From Octopus bimaculoides (taxonomy: Eukaryota): a stretch of DNA of 64,000 nt. Location: the NCBI RefSeq assembly GCF_001194135.2, contig NC_068981.1, positions 66,011,021 to 66,075,020 on the forward strand. The letters are read 5' to 3'. Shown here in pieces: positions 12,470-25,221 of this stretch. The first letter of the stretch is position 1, and each line of letters begins with the position of its first letter. Position numbers and translations under genes: made by a program. Under the pieces are notes generated by a model. That model ran no database searches. It saw nothing but the letters and a program-made list of their open reading frames with translations, and had not been told where the DNA came from.

Positions 12470-13066
12470 AAGAGAAAAACAACTTGTTTTAAATCTCTGA
12501 GCGAGACATATACAGTAACAGTACCAAATAGTAAAGTTTATTTGCCAACATAATGTGGCAGTCCTATACAAGGATGATGTTGCTGTTAGCCCCAGGAAAA
12601 CATCTTTTCCAGTTGGCTAGCAGCACACAGTTTGTGCCCTGGTGCTAAATAACAGTAACATCATCCTTGTATAGGATTGCTACATTATGTTAGCAAATAA
12701 ACTTTACTATTCAGTACTGTTACCATATATCTCTCACTTGGAGGTTTAAAACAAGTTGTTTTTCTCTTTACAAGATTAACAACTGTGTGTTGCTTAAAAA
12801 AATATATATTCTGTTTGCAAGTGGAGAGAGCCTTCATCACTAACCGTTGATTTTCTCACACTGAAGATGGGTAACTATCCAGAAACCTAGGTCTGTGAGT
12901 ATCATGTAAGGCTAGAGATGAGAGCAATGACCTCCCTTGCATATACTATATGAGCACAAACTGTGTGCTGGTAGCCAACCCAAAAAGATGTTTTCCTGGA
13001 GATGAATAACAGTAACATCGTCCTTGTGTAGGACTGCCATATTATATTAGCAAATAAGCTTTACTA
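12470..13066 (+). mobile_element. Retrozyme-like / Penelope-pLTR-like non-coding element: ~357-nt monomer in ~1.2 tandem copies plus an inverted partial copy
   Basis: The AGTAACATC...CTTTACTAT block recurs at 12654 and 13011 (period 357). 12470-12638 is an inverted copy of the same 3' part. Contains the 12855 hammerhead. Confidence 0.65.
12855..12899 (+). ncRNA. Minimal type-I hammerhead ribozyme motif (near-intact)
   Basis: Stem I CUCACA (12855-60)/UGUGAG (12894-99); core CUGAAGA (12861-67); stem II UGGGU/AUCCA with AACU loop; GAAA (12882-85); palindromic stem III ACCUAGGU; GUC cleavage triplet ending at 12893. Confidence 0.85.
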
Positions 13067-13164
13067 TAATCATATACTTAAATATTAATTTTACCGATAT
13101 GGTGGTTATTATACACTGGCCACTGATAAAATCATTTTAATGATTATATCCTCAATTTATACCT

Positions 13165-13195
<31 letters not shown>

Positions 13196-13320
13196 TGTTG
13201 AATGATGAAAATGAGTGCTCACCACCACAGTGGTGGATAGTATTTTTTTTATTTGTGTATTAAGGTTACCATTGGTAGCCTTACTACACCTTTTATCCAT
13301 TTTGGATAAATACACAGTTT

Positions 13321-13353
<33 letters not shown>

Positions 13354-13974
13354 CTTTATACATACACCAATTCCATTAGCTGATAATGGTTACAGAAGTC
13401 TGAAATATAATGTATCAATTGCCTGTATACTTTTTGAGATGTACCATGACAATTGATAAATAGTTAGCTGCATATATCATAAAAATGTTATAAATGGAGT
13501 TAATTTCTGAACTTTTCTCATTCAAAGATAGTTACCAATTACTTTTAAAGATATCCATTTTACCAAAGACTCAAAGAAATTATTTCAGTTACTTTTCTTA
13601 AAAAGATTTGAAATAAGAATTGTAAAATAATAAAATATTAGTTATTTCTTACTACATTAGATTCTACCTTGTTGTGGTACTCATTAATGGTCGATAGACT
13701 TATTCAGGAAGAGACACTAGAGAACAGTGGTATTACTGGAACACATATTGGTTTCAAATTTTGGTACAAGGCTGGCAATTTTTGGGAAGGGGTAAGTTGA
13801 CTTACATTGGTACTTATTTTATTGATACTGAAAGGATGAAAGGCAAAGTCAACTTTGGTAGAATTTGAACTCTGAACATGAAGATGGATGAAATGCTGCT
13901 AAGCATTTTTGGCCAGTGTGCTAACAATTCTGCCAGCTTCCCACCTTCACAGGAATATATACCAATAACTTTAA

Positions 13975-14150
13975 GCTTTTAGTATTCAAACTGGCCAGAT
14001 CAGGCCTTTCACATGTACCCTGCAATATCATTCTGAAAATAGACAATCACATTGTCAAAATTTTGAAGCTAAGAGATGATGCATGGTCAATTCAAAACAA
14101 TATGGATAAATATGCATGATATTTGGTAAAGTAATCTGAATACTAAAGGA
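13975..14150. mobile_element. piggyBac-type MITE (shorter copy of the same family)
   Basis: TTAA|GCTTTTAGTATTC ... GAATACTAAAGGA|TTAA; internal sequence aligns with 26040-26470. Confidence 0.65.
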
Positions 14151-14513
14151 TTAAGCTGTTGGATCAGCAATCTCATGAGTTAACTAGTTGAATATCACAA
14201 TGTACCATGCATGAATAAAGATTTCAAACAGTAACACAAGGTGGGGGTTGAATATAGAAGCTGAATCAAGCCTAATATATTACAGGTGCTTATTTTAATT
14301 TACTTCAGAGGTAAGTCAACTCAGTTGCATAAACAAAGCATGTTCCACCTTAGGCAACCCATTAGTTTGCACCCCCCACTCCTCTATATAGTTTTATACT
14401 GCAGGCCCAAAAGTGCTACCCCAATAAAAGCATTGGCTGGGACAGATTATGACCTCCACCTTCCTCTCAGCTATGCTACTGAGTCAACCCTCACAAAACT
14501 TACTCTGATTATA

Positions 14514-14850
14514 TATTGGGTCATCCCATAAATAATGCGGTTTTTTTATACTCTTATTTTTCAAAATTAAGATAGACAAAGTTCTTTTTTAATCTAAAAT
14601 ATACTCTCCTTCATTTTCTTCAATGCTCTTCCATCTATCTGGTAGACTTGCAAGGGCCCTCTTCCAAAATTCACTTGTTCATGAGGAAAGATATTTCTCC
14701 AGTACTGGTCTGACCTTGTCTACAGAATTTCTATTTTTTCTGTCCAAATGGTTTTGAAGACTGCGGTATAAATGATAATCAGATGGGGCAATGTCCAACG
14801 AATATGGTGGGTGGGGCACCATTTCCCATTCAAACTGCTCCAGCTTTTAG
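14514..14850 (-). mobile_element. mariner transposase 3' fragment with right TIR
   Basis: WEMVPHPPYSLDIAPSDYHLYRSLQNHL...WKRALASLPDRWKSIEENEGEYILD* (YSPDLAPSD-type motif, one internal stop); TIR-like TATTGGGTCATCCCATAAATAATGCGG. Confidence 0.85.
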
Positions 14851-15177
14851 AATGTTACCCTTGCCCGAGGCTATAGTAGAAGACACTTGCTCAAGGTGCT
14901 ACACAGTGGAAATGAACCCGGAACTATGTGGTTGGTAAGCAAGCTACTTACCACACAGCCACTCCTGCACCTATGTCTATTTTTATTTATTTATTTATTT
15001 ATTTCTATTCTGTGCCCAGCTGTATATCAGTCCCTCTTTGGGTGGCTTCACTAACATATCAGTTTTTCTATGAAAAGAAGTTCCTGGGCCTTCATTCCAT
15101 CCTTTTCCCATTTCTAGAGAAAGAGATACTGTCAGTGATTCCTAATGACCATTTTTAAGAGCACAACATAGCCATTT

Positions 15178-15259
<82 letters not shown>

Positions 15260-15740
15260 AAGAAAGAGAGAAAAGGGGAGAGAGAAAGAGAGAAAGAGGG
15301 AGAGTGTATGCATGTGTGTGTATATGTATGTGTATGTATGTATTTGTGTGCAAATGCATATGTGTGTGTGAATGAGAAAGTGTGAGTGCAAGTGTGTGTG
15401 TGTGAGAGAGAGAAAGAGAGCAAGTAAAAGAGAGAGAAAGAGAGAGAGAATGAGAGAGAGAGTGAGAGAGAGAGAGAAAGAGAGTGTGTGTGCATATGTG
15501 TGTAGGAAAGAGATATTGTGTGTATGCCTGTGTGCATGTGTGAGAGAGAGAGTGTATGTGTGCATATGCGAGGGAGTATGCATGTATGCATTGTGTGTGT
15601 GTGAGAGAGAGAGAGTGTGTGAGAAAGAGAGTGTGTGTATATGTGTGTATGTGTGTGTGTGTGAAAAAGAAAGTGTATGCATGCATATGTTGTGTTGTGT
15701 GTGAGAGAGAGAGAGGGAGAGAAAAGAGAGAGAAGATGAA
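15178..15740. repeat. Compound (AG)n/(GT)n microsatellite block
   Basis: Directly visible; explains the overlapping SL/HT/CV-rich ORFs. Confidence 0.95.
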
Positions 15741-16513
15741 AGACAATGCTGATCTCAGCAGGATTTGAAATCAGAGTGCAGCAAACCAGAACAAATCTTG
15801 CAAGGCATTCTCTCCAACTTTCTATTGATGCTACCAATTCACTCTCTTATGTCTATCATAACTATACTGTAATGTAGTAATAGCTTGTTTTGCTTTCAGA
15901 TTATCTCTGCCTCACCATTGACATTTCTATTTACACTATATTTTGATATAATCTGATCTGTTTCCTTCGTTTCCTCTGATCATCTCCAATTGACCTATTT
16001 CTAAATATACACATACCCTCCGGCTACATTTAATCTCAGAACCGTTTATATCTCAAATACATAGTTTCAAAACTATATAAACACAGTATATTTTCTTTTT
16101 ACTCCAGAGTTTGTCTTTTGCCTCATTTAGCCAAATTAATGTATAAATATAAATTACATTGGTTCATTATATACCAAACATGTCTAAACGAATTTAGTGC
16201 CACATAGTATCAAACTCAAACAGCGTCAATGGCACAGTACCAAAAGCTTCTGGCCATACGCGTTCTGTAACTGGTGTAAATATACAATTAAAGACTTTGA
16301 CATTGTTGTAATTAGATATTTCTGTCCGGATGAATAACTACATGATTCGCTCACGTTGAGTGTCTTTAGAGGTTTCCATAATACACATGCACACATACAC
16401 ATAAACATTCACAAACATGAATACACAACTATACATAAATACATACATACATACATACATATATGCATGCCTACATACATGAATGCATGCATGCATATAT
16501 ACATACATGAATA

Positions 16514-17395
16514 TGATGCATGTGTGCGAACTGCAATGCTTCATGGCAGTAAAGCATGGGCCGTGACTGCTGAAGACATGAGTAGACTCGAAATGAGGCT
16601 AGCATGATCCGCTGGATGTGTAAGGTCAATGTGCACACACGAGAGAGTGTAAGCACCCTGAGAGAAATATTGGACATAAGAAGCATTGGATGTGGTGTGC
16701 AAGAAAGACGTTTGCATTGGTGTGGTCATGTACTACGGAGAGGAGAGCTGTGTGAAGAAGTGCCACTCCCAAACAGTGGTAGGAATCCAGGGTAGAGGGA
16801 GACCCTGGAAGACATGGGATGAGGTGGTGAAGCATGACCTTCGAATGTTGGGCCTCACAGAGGCAATGACAAAAGACCAAAACCTCTGGAAATATGCTGT
16901 GACTGAGAAGACCCAGCAAATAAAGTGAGTTCACAGCTGTAACCTACACCAGTGTCACATAACCAGCCCACTCAAAAGTACATTGGATCGTAAGGCGACA
17001 TGCCGTGCTTGAGGAGACCTATTGAATCAAGTACATCAAAATCAAATGGAAATTGTAGTTGTGATCCCTGTGCTAGTGGTACGTAAAAAGCAAAATCCGA
17101 ATGTGGTCGATGCCAGTGCTGACTTGACTGACTTCTGTGTCAGTGGCATATAAAAATCACCAACCAATCATAGTTGTTGACTATCCCCTCTGGCCCCTGT
17201 TCCGGTGGCACATACAAAAGAAGCACCTGCTACACTCTCGAAGTGGTTGGCATTAGGAAAGGCAACCACTCCGAGCTGTAGAAACACTGCTAGATCAGAC
17301 TGGAGTCTGGTGCAGCCTCCTGGCTTTCCAGACCCCAGTCGAACCGTCCAACCTATGCCAGCATGGAAAATGGACGTTAAACAATGATGATGATG
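16514..17395 (+). mobile_element. 5'-truncated RTE LINE (ORF C-terminus + 3' UTR + (GAT)n tail)
   Basis: ACVRTAMLHGSKAW...MIRWMC...VQERRLHWCGHV...GRGRPWKTWDEVVKHDLRMLGLTEAM*; stop at 16926-28; (GAT)n tail at ~17385. Confidence 0.85.
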
Positions 17396-17886
17396 ATATA
17401 TATATNNNNNNNNNNNNNNNNNNNNNNNNNNNNNNNNNNNNNNNNNNNNNNNNNNNNNNNNNNNNNNNNNNNNNNNNNNNNNNNNNNNNNNNNNNNNNNN
17501 NNNNNNNNNNNNNNNNNNNNNNNNNNNNNNNNNNNNNNNNNNNNNNNNNNNNNNNNNNNNNNNNNNNNNNNNNNNNNNNNNNNNNNNNNNNNNNNNNNNN
17601 NNNNNNNNNNNNNNNNNNNNNNNNNNNNNNNNNNNNNNNNNNNNNNNNNNNNNNNNNNNNNNNNNNNNNNNNNNNNNNNNNNNNNNNNNNNNNNNNNNNN
17701 NNNNNNNNNNNNNNNNNNNNNNNNNNNNNNNNNNNNNNNNNNNNNNNNNNNNNNNNNNNNNNNNNNNNNNNNNNNNNNNNNNNNNNNNNNNNNNNNNNNN
17801 NNNNNNNNNNNNNNNNNNNNNNNNNNNNNNNNNNNNNNNNNNNNNNNNNNNNNNNNNNNNNNNNNNNNNNNNNNNNNNNNNNNNNN

Positions 17887-18545
17887 ATATATAAAAGGCA
17901 TCAGATGTGGTGTGCAAGAGAAACAACTACACTGGTATGGTCATGCGATGAATATGGACAAAGACAGCTGTGTTAAAAAGTGCTGATCTCTAACTGTGGA
18001 GGGAACCTGTGGAAGAGGTAGGCCCAGGAAGATATGGGACAAGATGGTGAAGCATGATCTTCGAATTGTGGGCTTCACTGAGACTATGACAAGTGACTGA
18101 GACCTTTGGTGATATGCCGTGCTTGAGAAGGTCTTTCAAGCCAAGTGAAACTGTAGTCATGGCCGATGCTGGTGTCACGCAACAGGCACCTGTGCCAGTG
18201 GCACATAAAAAGCACCTTCCAAATGTGGGGCCTCATAGACGTGATAAGTGACTGAGACCTTTGGCAATATGCCGAGATTGAGAAGACTCATCAAGCCAAG
18301 TGAAATCATAGTTGTGGCTGATGCTGGTGCCATGTAACTGGCACTTCATACTGGTGGTGCATAAGAAGCACCCGTTACGCTCTTGGAGTGGTTGGCATTA
18401 GGAAGTGCATCCAGCTGTAGAAACCATGCCAAATCAGATTGAAACCTGGTGCAGCTCTCCAGCTTATTAGTTTCAGTCAAACTGTCCAACCCATGCCAAC
18501 ATGGAAAGCAGACACTAAATGGTAATGATGATGATGATGATGATA
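17887..18545 (+). mobile_element. 5'-truncated RTE LINE 3' end
   Basis: GIRCGVQEKQLHWYGHAM..GRGRPRK.WD..VKHDL; internal duplication of the GACTGAGACCTTTGG block; (GAT)n tail. Confidence 0.8.
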
Positions 18546-18660
18546 TAGTTTTTCTTTCATTAATTGGTACAAAAAGGTTGAAAGTGGCTCATACACTGTT
18601 GCATGTAAAGTGATATATGTTTATCATATGTTAGGTAAACAGAATATACATATAAAAATG

Positions 18661-18691
<31 letters not shown>

Positions 18692-18726
18692 CTGTGTGTG
18701 CGTGCATGTGTGCGCATGTGTGTGTG

Positions 18727-18768
<42 letters not shown>

Positions 18769-18973
18769 CAGACAGAGATAAGTCTAATCCATATATCTAT
18801 TTTGATAGGTATTGTATCCCAGCTGCTGATTTGTGACTGCAATGCTATTTGCATAACAAATATATATATACAAATATATATATATATATATANNNNNNNN
18901 NNNNNNNNNNNNNNNNNNNNNNNNNNNNNNNNNNNNNNNNNNNNNNNNNNNNNNNATATATAAATATATAAAT

Positions 18974-19027
<54 letters not shown>

Positions 19028-20264
19028 ACATGCACACATATATACTAAGTATATATGTGTATCACAGAGTAATGTGATACTCTCATACAGCAGTATGTTG
19101 TTGAATGTGTGGGTGTATGTCTACTTCCCACCTGCTTGCAACTCTTGTTCATAGCTCACTGCAACTGTCTAGCTCCTGTGGTGAACTGGGAAGTAGTCTA
19201 GTGTTTAAGTTTTCACAACTAGCGCACAATCTCTCTTGCACCAAGACTTCTTGGTCAGGTTTCATCATTGTTACACAAAGTGACTGTCTTGTGGCTCCAG
19301 CCTAGTGTATCAATGAATTTTGGAACTGTTGTGGTCTCTGATATATAATGTGTAGGCCTACTTTAGTGTGTCTTGCCTCTAATCAGCCATCTCTATATTA
19401 CTGTGTGCATGTCTAGGAAAATGAAGGTTAGGAGAGCACACTACAAAAGAAACTGAACTAAAAATGTTTCTAAATAGTTGCTAGCAACTGTTGCTAAATT
19501 GCTCTCAAATCATACCTTGCTGTCTTAGAAGAAATATAAGAGAAATTAGAAAAGAGAGTTCTAAATAAATAAAAGGTAGACAGGGCACAAGAAGTCCAGG
19601 TAACATTCCTCTGAAACTCACCCAAAATAATGACCAGTCTCATAGAACAAGGCTATTCAAGCCAATCACAAGAATGTCAGGAAACTAAGATAGCACCTGT
19701 GTATCTAAACCATGCTCTCATCACTGCTTTCTTTAAGAAAGGAGAGACAGACATGTGAATCTTTAACATAATTTAGCAGTTCAGCAAAAGAGACTGATAG
19801 AATAAGGACCAAATTTAAAAGAAAATATTGGAGCAAATACTTCAAGGAGATGCCCCAGCATTGGCACAGTCTAATGACTGAAACAAGTTGAAAGTTAAAA
19901 GATAATTCTCAAGCAGAATTAGACTGATACAGAGTGTGACATTTCTCCTTGAATTATGTATAACCCTTTTACACTGTTTTTTTTTTGGTATGGGTCTACC
20001 TGGGGTTATAGAATATATTTGCCCAAAATTCTATGCAAGTGGATCAGACCTGGAGTATTGTGAATGTGAAAAGAACTTCTTAAGCAGCATACATACGCTC
20101 AAAGACCCAGTGAAATCAAATCCATTGTATCAATAGGACTGGGTGATGAAGTACTGTTGCAAAATGCCTAAGGGCCAAACAGACAAATAGTATTTTCTGA
20201 ATATATATGTGTACGTGTATGTGAGTGTGTGTGTGTGTGGGGGGGGGCACTTGTGCTGGTGGCA

Positions 20265-20616
20265 CATAATAAGTACCATTCAAGTGTGGGTTGATGCCAG
20301 TGCTGCTTGACTGGCTCCCCGTGCTGGTAGCATGTAAAGAACATCATCCAAATGTGGTCAATGCTAGTACCCCTGACTAACTCCCATGCCGGTGGCACGT
20401 AAAAAGCACCATCTGAATGTGGTCAATGCCAGTGATGCCTGACTGGCTCCCATACCAGTGGAAGTAAAAAACAACCACTTTTGGAGTGGTTGCATTAGGA
20501 AGGGCATCTAGCTGTTTCTATAACTGGATGCCAGATCAGAATCAGATTGAAGCCTAATGCAGCCTACTGGCTTGCCAGTCCTCAGTCAAACCGTCCAACC
20601 CATGCCAGATGTTAAC

Positions 20617-20648
<32 letters not shown>
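20265..20648 (+). mobile_element. RTE 3' UTR-only copy
   Basis: Three to four UTR units plus the shared tail and (GAT)n. Confidence 0.75.
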
Positions 20649-20688
<40 letters not shown>

Positions 20689-20701
20689 TCTAGTATGAGA
20701 A

Positions 20702-20747
<46 letters not shown>

Positions 20748-22297
20748 ATGGATAGGAGAACAAAAGACATGCAAAGTAAGAATAAAAGCAAATGGGAGAT
20801 GAAAAAAAAGGGAAGAAAAATAACCAGAAATAAAAATAGTTAAATAGGAAAACCAAAACAGTGGTATAGAGTGAAGTGAAAACAAATGATGGAATATGAA
20901 ACCTTCTAGAATTTCTCTCTTTGTTAATTGGCAAATTGTTTGGTGTCAAAAGTTCACCCTGGCTCAGCTGAACACATTACCAAGCTAAGACAGAGCGAGA
21001 GAGAGAATGGAACATTTCTAGTTACATAATCGTAAGAAAGGAATCCTTTGACGTCATGTCTACTGAGCATAAAAAATAAACAGCATCATTGGCAGGATCA
21101 CAACTCAGTGATCACCACTGTAACCACCATTATTAGCAACAGCAGCAAGTGTCACCCTCTTCCATTACCCAACCACCACCACCACCACCACCACCACCAT
21201 AGCCATTTAAATCCCCAGCAGTGGCATTAATAATAGCATTGGTAATATAACAACAAAGAAGGCTGCAAAAGCACCAAAAAGAGAGATGGTGTTATGTGTG
21301 TGTGTTTTTATATACAAGGTAAACGGCAACAGCAAAAACAATAATGACAACAAACAACATCAGATGTTTAACTACAGCAATAGCAATAACCATAACAAAG
21401 AAATTACAAAATCTACTACAATGATAATCAAAGCCAAGTTGGATTGATAAAGGAATGAGACATACAGACAAAGAAGTCAATTGTTTCAATGGTCAAGGCA
21501 CTTAGCTCTCAATAGCCCAGGCTACTTAGCTGTAAATAGATTACACCAATCTAGCTAAATAGTTGTTTTTTTTTATCCCAGGCAGATATATCATCATTGG
21601 CATTCTAGTAGTGATCATTCTACTTTTGTTTTAGGCACAGTACACCTAGGAACACATATAAAGTGCATCATTATTATTCTTTTCTAAAATGGTAAGGTGA
21701 GATTTTGGGGGTAACTTGGCTGATATTTTTTGCAGGTAAAGCCACCATGTAGTGTCTTCCTCTTGCTCAAGGTTGAATAATTCACCAATGACAGCACTGT
21801 AAAGATGGATGAAATTTTTCATTAGATCTTAGTTCTGGGAAATTTCCTGTGAAGGAATGGTACCTGAGTCAGAGTTGCAGGAAGAATAGTCCCAAATCGG
21901 TAATTGGCTTCTCTGCAGAGGACTGCAAAATAAATAACTTAATAATTCTTTGAAAATTTGGCATAAGGCCAGCAGTTTGTGAGGAAGGAGTTAGTTGGTG
22001 TCATTAACCTCAGTACTTGACTGGTACTTTATTATATCAGTCTTGGGTGGGGGTGGGGGTGGAGATGAAAAGCAAAGCTGACCCTAGTGAAATTCGAACT
22101 CACAATATATAATAATACTCAGTAATACTACTAGGAATTTTATCAGATGCTCTAGTCATTCTTCTAGTTCACTGTCTTTGGATTAATTCAATAATGGCCT
22201 GCAAAATGCTCCAACCAGAGAGATGTATTCCTGGAGATGAGTTCATGCAAAATATTGCTTACAGTTTGTATAATAAAAGAAAGTGTGTATGTATATC

Positions 22298-22346
<49 letters not shown>

Positions 22347-22807
22347 NNNNNNNNNNNNNNNNNNNNNNNNNNNNNNNNNNNNNNNNNNNNNNNNNNNNNN
22401 NNNNNNNNNNNNNNNNNNNNNNNNNNNNNNNNNNNNNNNNNNNNNNNNNNNNNNNNNNNNNNNNNNNNNNNNNNNNNNNNNNNNNNNNNNNNNNNNNNNN
22501 NNNNNNNNNNNNNNNNNNNNNNNNNNNNNNNNNNNNNNNNNNNNNNNNNNNNNNNNNNNNNNNNNNNNNNNNNNNNNNNNNNNNNNNNNNNNNNNNNNNN
22601 NNNNNNNNNNNNNNNNNNNNNNNNNNNNNNNNNNNNNNNNNNNNNNNNNNNNNNNNNNNNNNNNNNNNNNNNNNNNNNNNNNNNNNNNNNNNNNNNNNNN
22701 NNNNNNNNNNNNNNNNNNNNNNNNNNNNNNNNNNNNNNNNNNNNNNNNNNNNNNNNNNNNNNNNNNNNNNNNNNNNNNNNNNNNNNNNNNNNNNNNNNNN
22801 NNNNNNN

Positions 22808-22864
<57 letters not shown>

Positions 22865-23709
22865 AAATACATGTATTTTGTATTCGTGTTTATGACATGG
22901 TTGCTTTCTGAGATGTATGAATGAGACTCTAAAGTAGATTTGTCTTTGTGCCTTGCATAGTGTCAGCATCTGACCCTATATGAATATAAGATAGAAACTC
23001 TTTGTCATTCAGAACACACGACCATTCACGCAGATATGTGAGTGTAAAATTTAAGATACGTGTACGATTAGCTAGTGTTATGGTTGTTGTTTAGTTCTAG
23101 GTTATTCTTGATAGAGCAGACATACTCATGATCAATACTATTCCAGCTGTGATTATATCATCTTTTCTTCTGGAATAGTTTACCTTGGATAACATTGTCC
23201 AATGTAGCCTTCTATAAGATGGCGTCAAAAGATCTGAGGAAGATTTTACTGTTATTTCTAACAGACTGAGCAACCATGTTGATGCTCCCTTATAGAGAGA
23301 CTCCAGTATCCATTGTACATGTACTTATAGAAATATCAGCAACTGATCTTTAATATAATCCTTCTTGCTAGTCAATTACATCAACCTTACTGCTTGACTG
23401 GTACATATTTTATCAACCCTGAAAGGATAAAAGACAAAGTCAACCTCAGCAGAATTTGAACTTGGAATGTACAGATGGACAAAATGCTGCTAAACATTTT
23501 TCCATGCAAGTACTTTGTTATTTAGACCAACTCTATGTGTTACCTTTAGTGCTCAGTAAATTTAGAACTCTGAAAAAGAAAGCTAGTTTTCACAATATAA
23601 TATTCTTTCTGTGCAACATAAAAATGCCTCATAACTTTAAATGGCTCACCAGATCATCTCTACAGGCTTTCTCTTCATTTAATGTATTATGATATTATGA
23701 TCTCTTCAT

Positions 23710-24228
23710 TGAACACTATACTCGGCTTGCGAAGACCTGTTGAGGCAAGCAAAAGTGAAATCGTGATGGCACCTGTACCAATAAATCACTAAGAGCACTG
23801 TCCGAGCGTGATCATTGCCAGAGCACCAGCTGTCTGGCTTCCATGCCGGTGGCACGTAAATAGCACCATTTGAGCGTGACTGTTACCAACGTCGCCTTCC
23901 TCGCACTTGTGCCAGTGGCACGTGAAAAGACATTCGAGCGAGTTCGTTGCCAGTACCGCTGGACTGGCCCCTGTGCAGGTGGCACGTAAAATACACCATT
24001 TCGAGCGTGGCCGTTGCCAGTACCTCCTGACTGGCCTTCGTGCCGGTGGCATGTAAAAGCACCCACTACACTCTCGGAGTGATTGGCATTAGGAAGGGCA
24101 TCCAGCTGTAGAAACTCTGCCAGATCAAATTGGAGCCTGGTGTAGCCATCTGGTTCACCAGTCCTCAGTCAAATCGTCCAACCCATGCTAGCATGGAAAG
24201 CGGACGTTAAACGATGATGATGATGATG
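23710..24228 (+). mobile_element. RTE 3' UTR-only copy with four UTR repeats (well preserved)
   Basis: Units containing GTGCCGGTGGCACGTAAAA, then CACCCACTACACTCTCGGAGTG...GCATGGAAAGCGGACGTTAAACGATGATGAT; many CpGs retained. Confidence 0.8.
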
Positions 24229-25055
24229 TAAGATGAACAGAGCCGATCCCCATCCAAGATATTGACCATGCTGGATATCAAAAGTTTTCAGAGTGAAATG
24301 AAATGATTTAATTAGGTATCAAACCTTCATTGCAGTCTTAGCTTATCAGATGCCTACCATCATTCTACAGAGCTCATACAAACAGAATGTGTGTGAGAGA
24401 TAAATATTCTGTGATAAATATAAGTGTATTAACATACGGTCTGCTATTATAATTCTATTCACATCTAAAGATGCATTATAAGAATATAAATCAACGTTAA
24501 TACTTGACTGGTACTTTATTTTATGAACACCAGGAAAATGAATGACATAGTTGACCTCGGCAAGGCTGTAACTAAATACTACAAACCATTTTGTCAGTTG
24601 CTTTTAATGGTTCTGATGGAGAACCTGATTAATGTAATGTGGACAGCTAGTGCAGAATCTATCAACTTTATTTTCTCTCACTCCACCTCAGTTTTGCACC
24701 CTCCCCCAAAAGAGAAATGTGTGCACAGTATCATGCATAGAAAAAGCTAGTAGATATATCATCATATATACGACTTAACATCCACTTTTCCATGTTTGCA
24801 TGGGTTGGACAAAGTTTGTTGAGGCAGATTTTCTATGGCCAGATGTCTTTCCTGGTGCCAACACTCACTGTTTCCAAGAAAGCTAATATTTCTCTATGGC
24901 TGGACATGTTTCCACAGAGTATTGGTCACAAAGAACACTGTCTATATGATAGTGACACTCATTTACGATAATCATGCACTGTCATAGCAAAGAGGCACCA
25001 ACTCATGTGCACACACACATATGTGTGTGTGTGTGTGTGTGCGTGTGTGTGTGTA

Positions 25056-25107
<52 letters not shown>

Positions 25108-25221
25108 NNNNNNNNNNNNNNNNNNNNNNNNNNNNNNNNNNNNNNNNNNNNAATAATAATAATATTAGGAATTTTCATCAATGAGTTCATGAACCTTGGT
25201 TCTTTTCCCTAAAACTATATA

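Noticed and set aside
16570-16592. CTGAAGA-CATGAGTAGACTC-GAAA hammerhead-like string
   Set aside because: It lies in RTE coding sequence (AEDMSRLE) and lacks stems I and III; coincidental.
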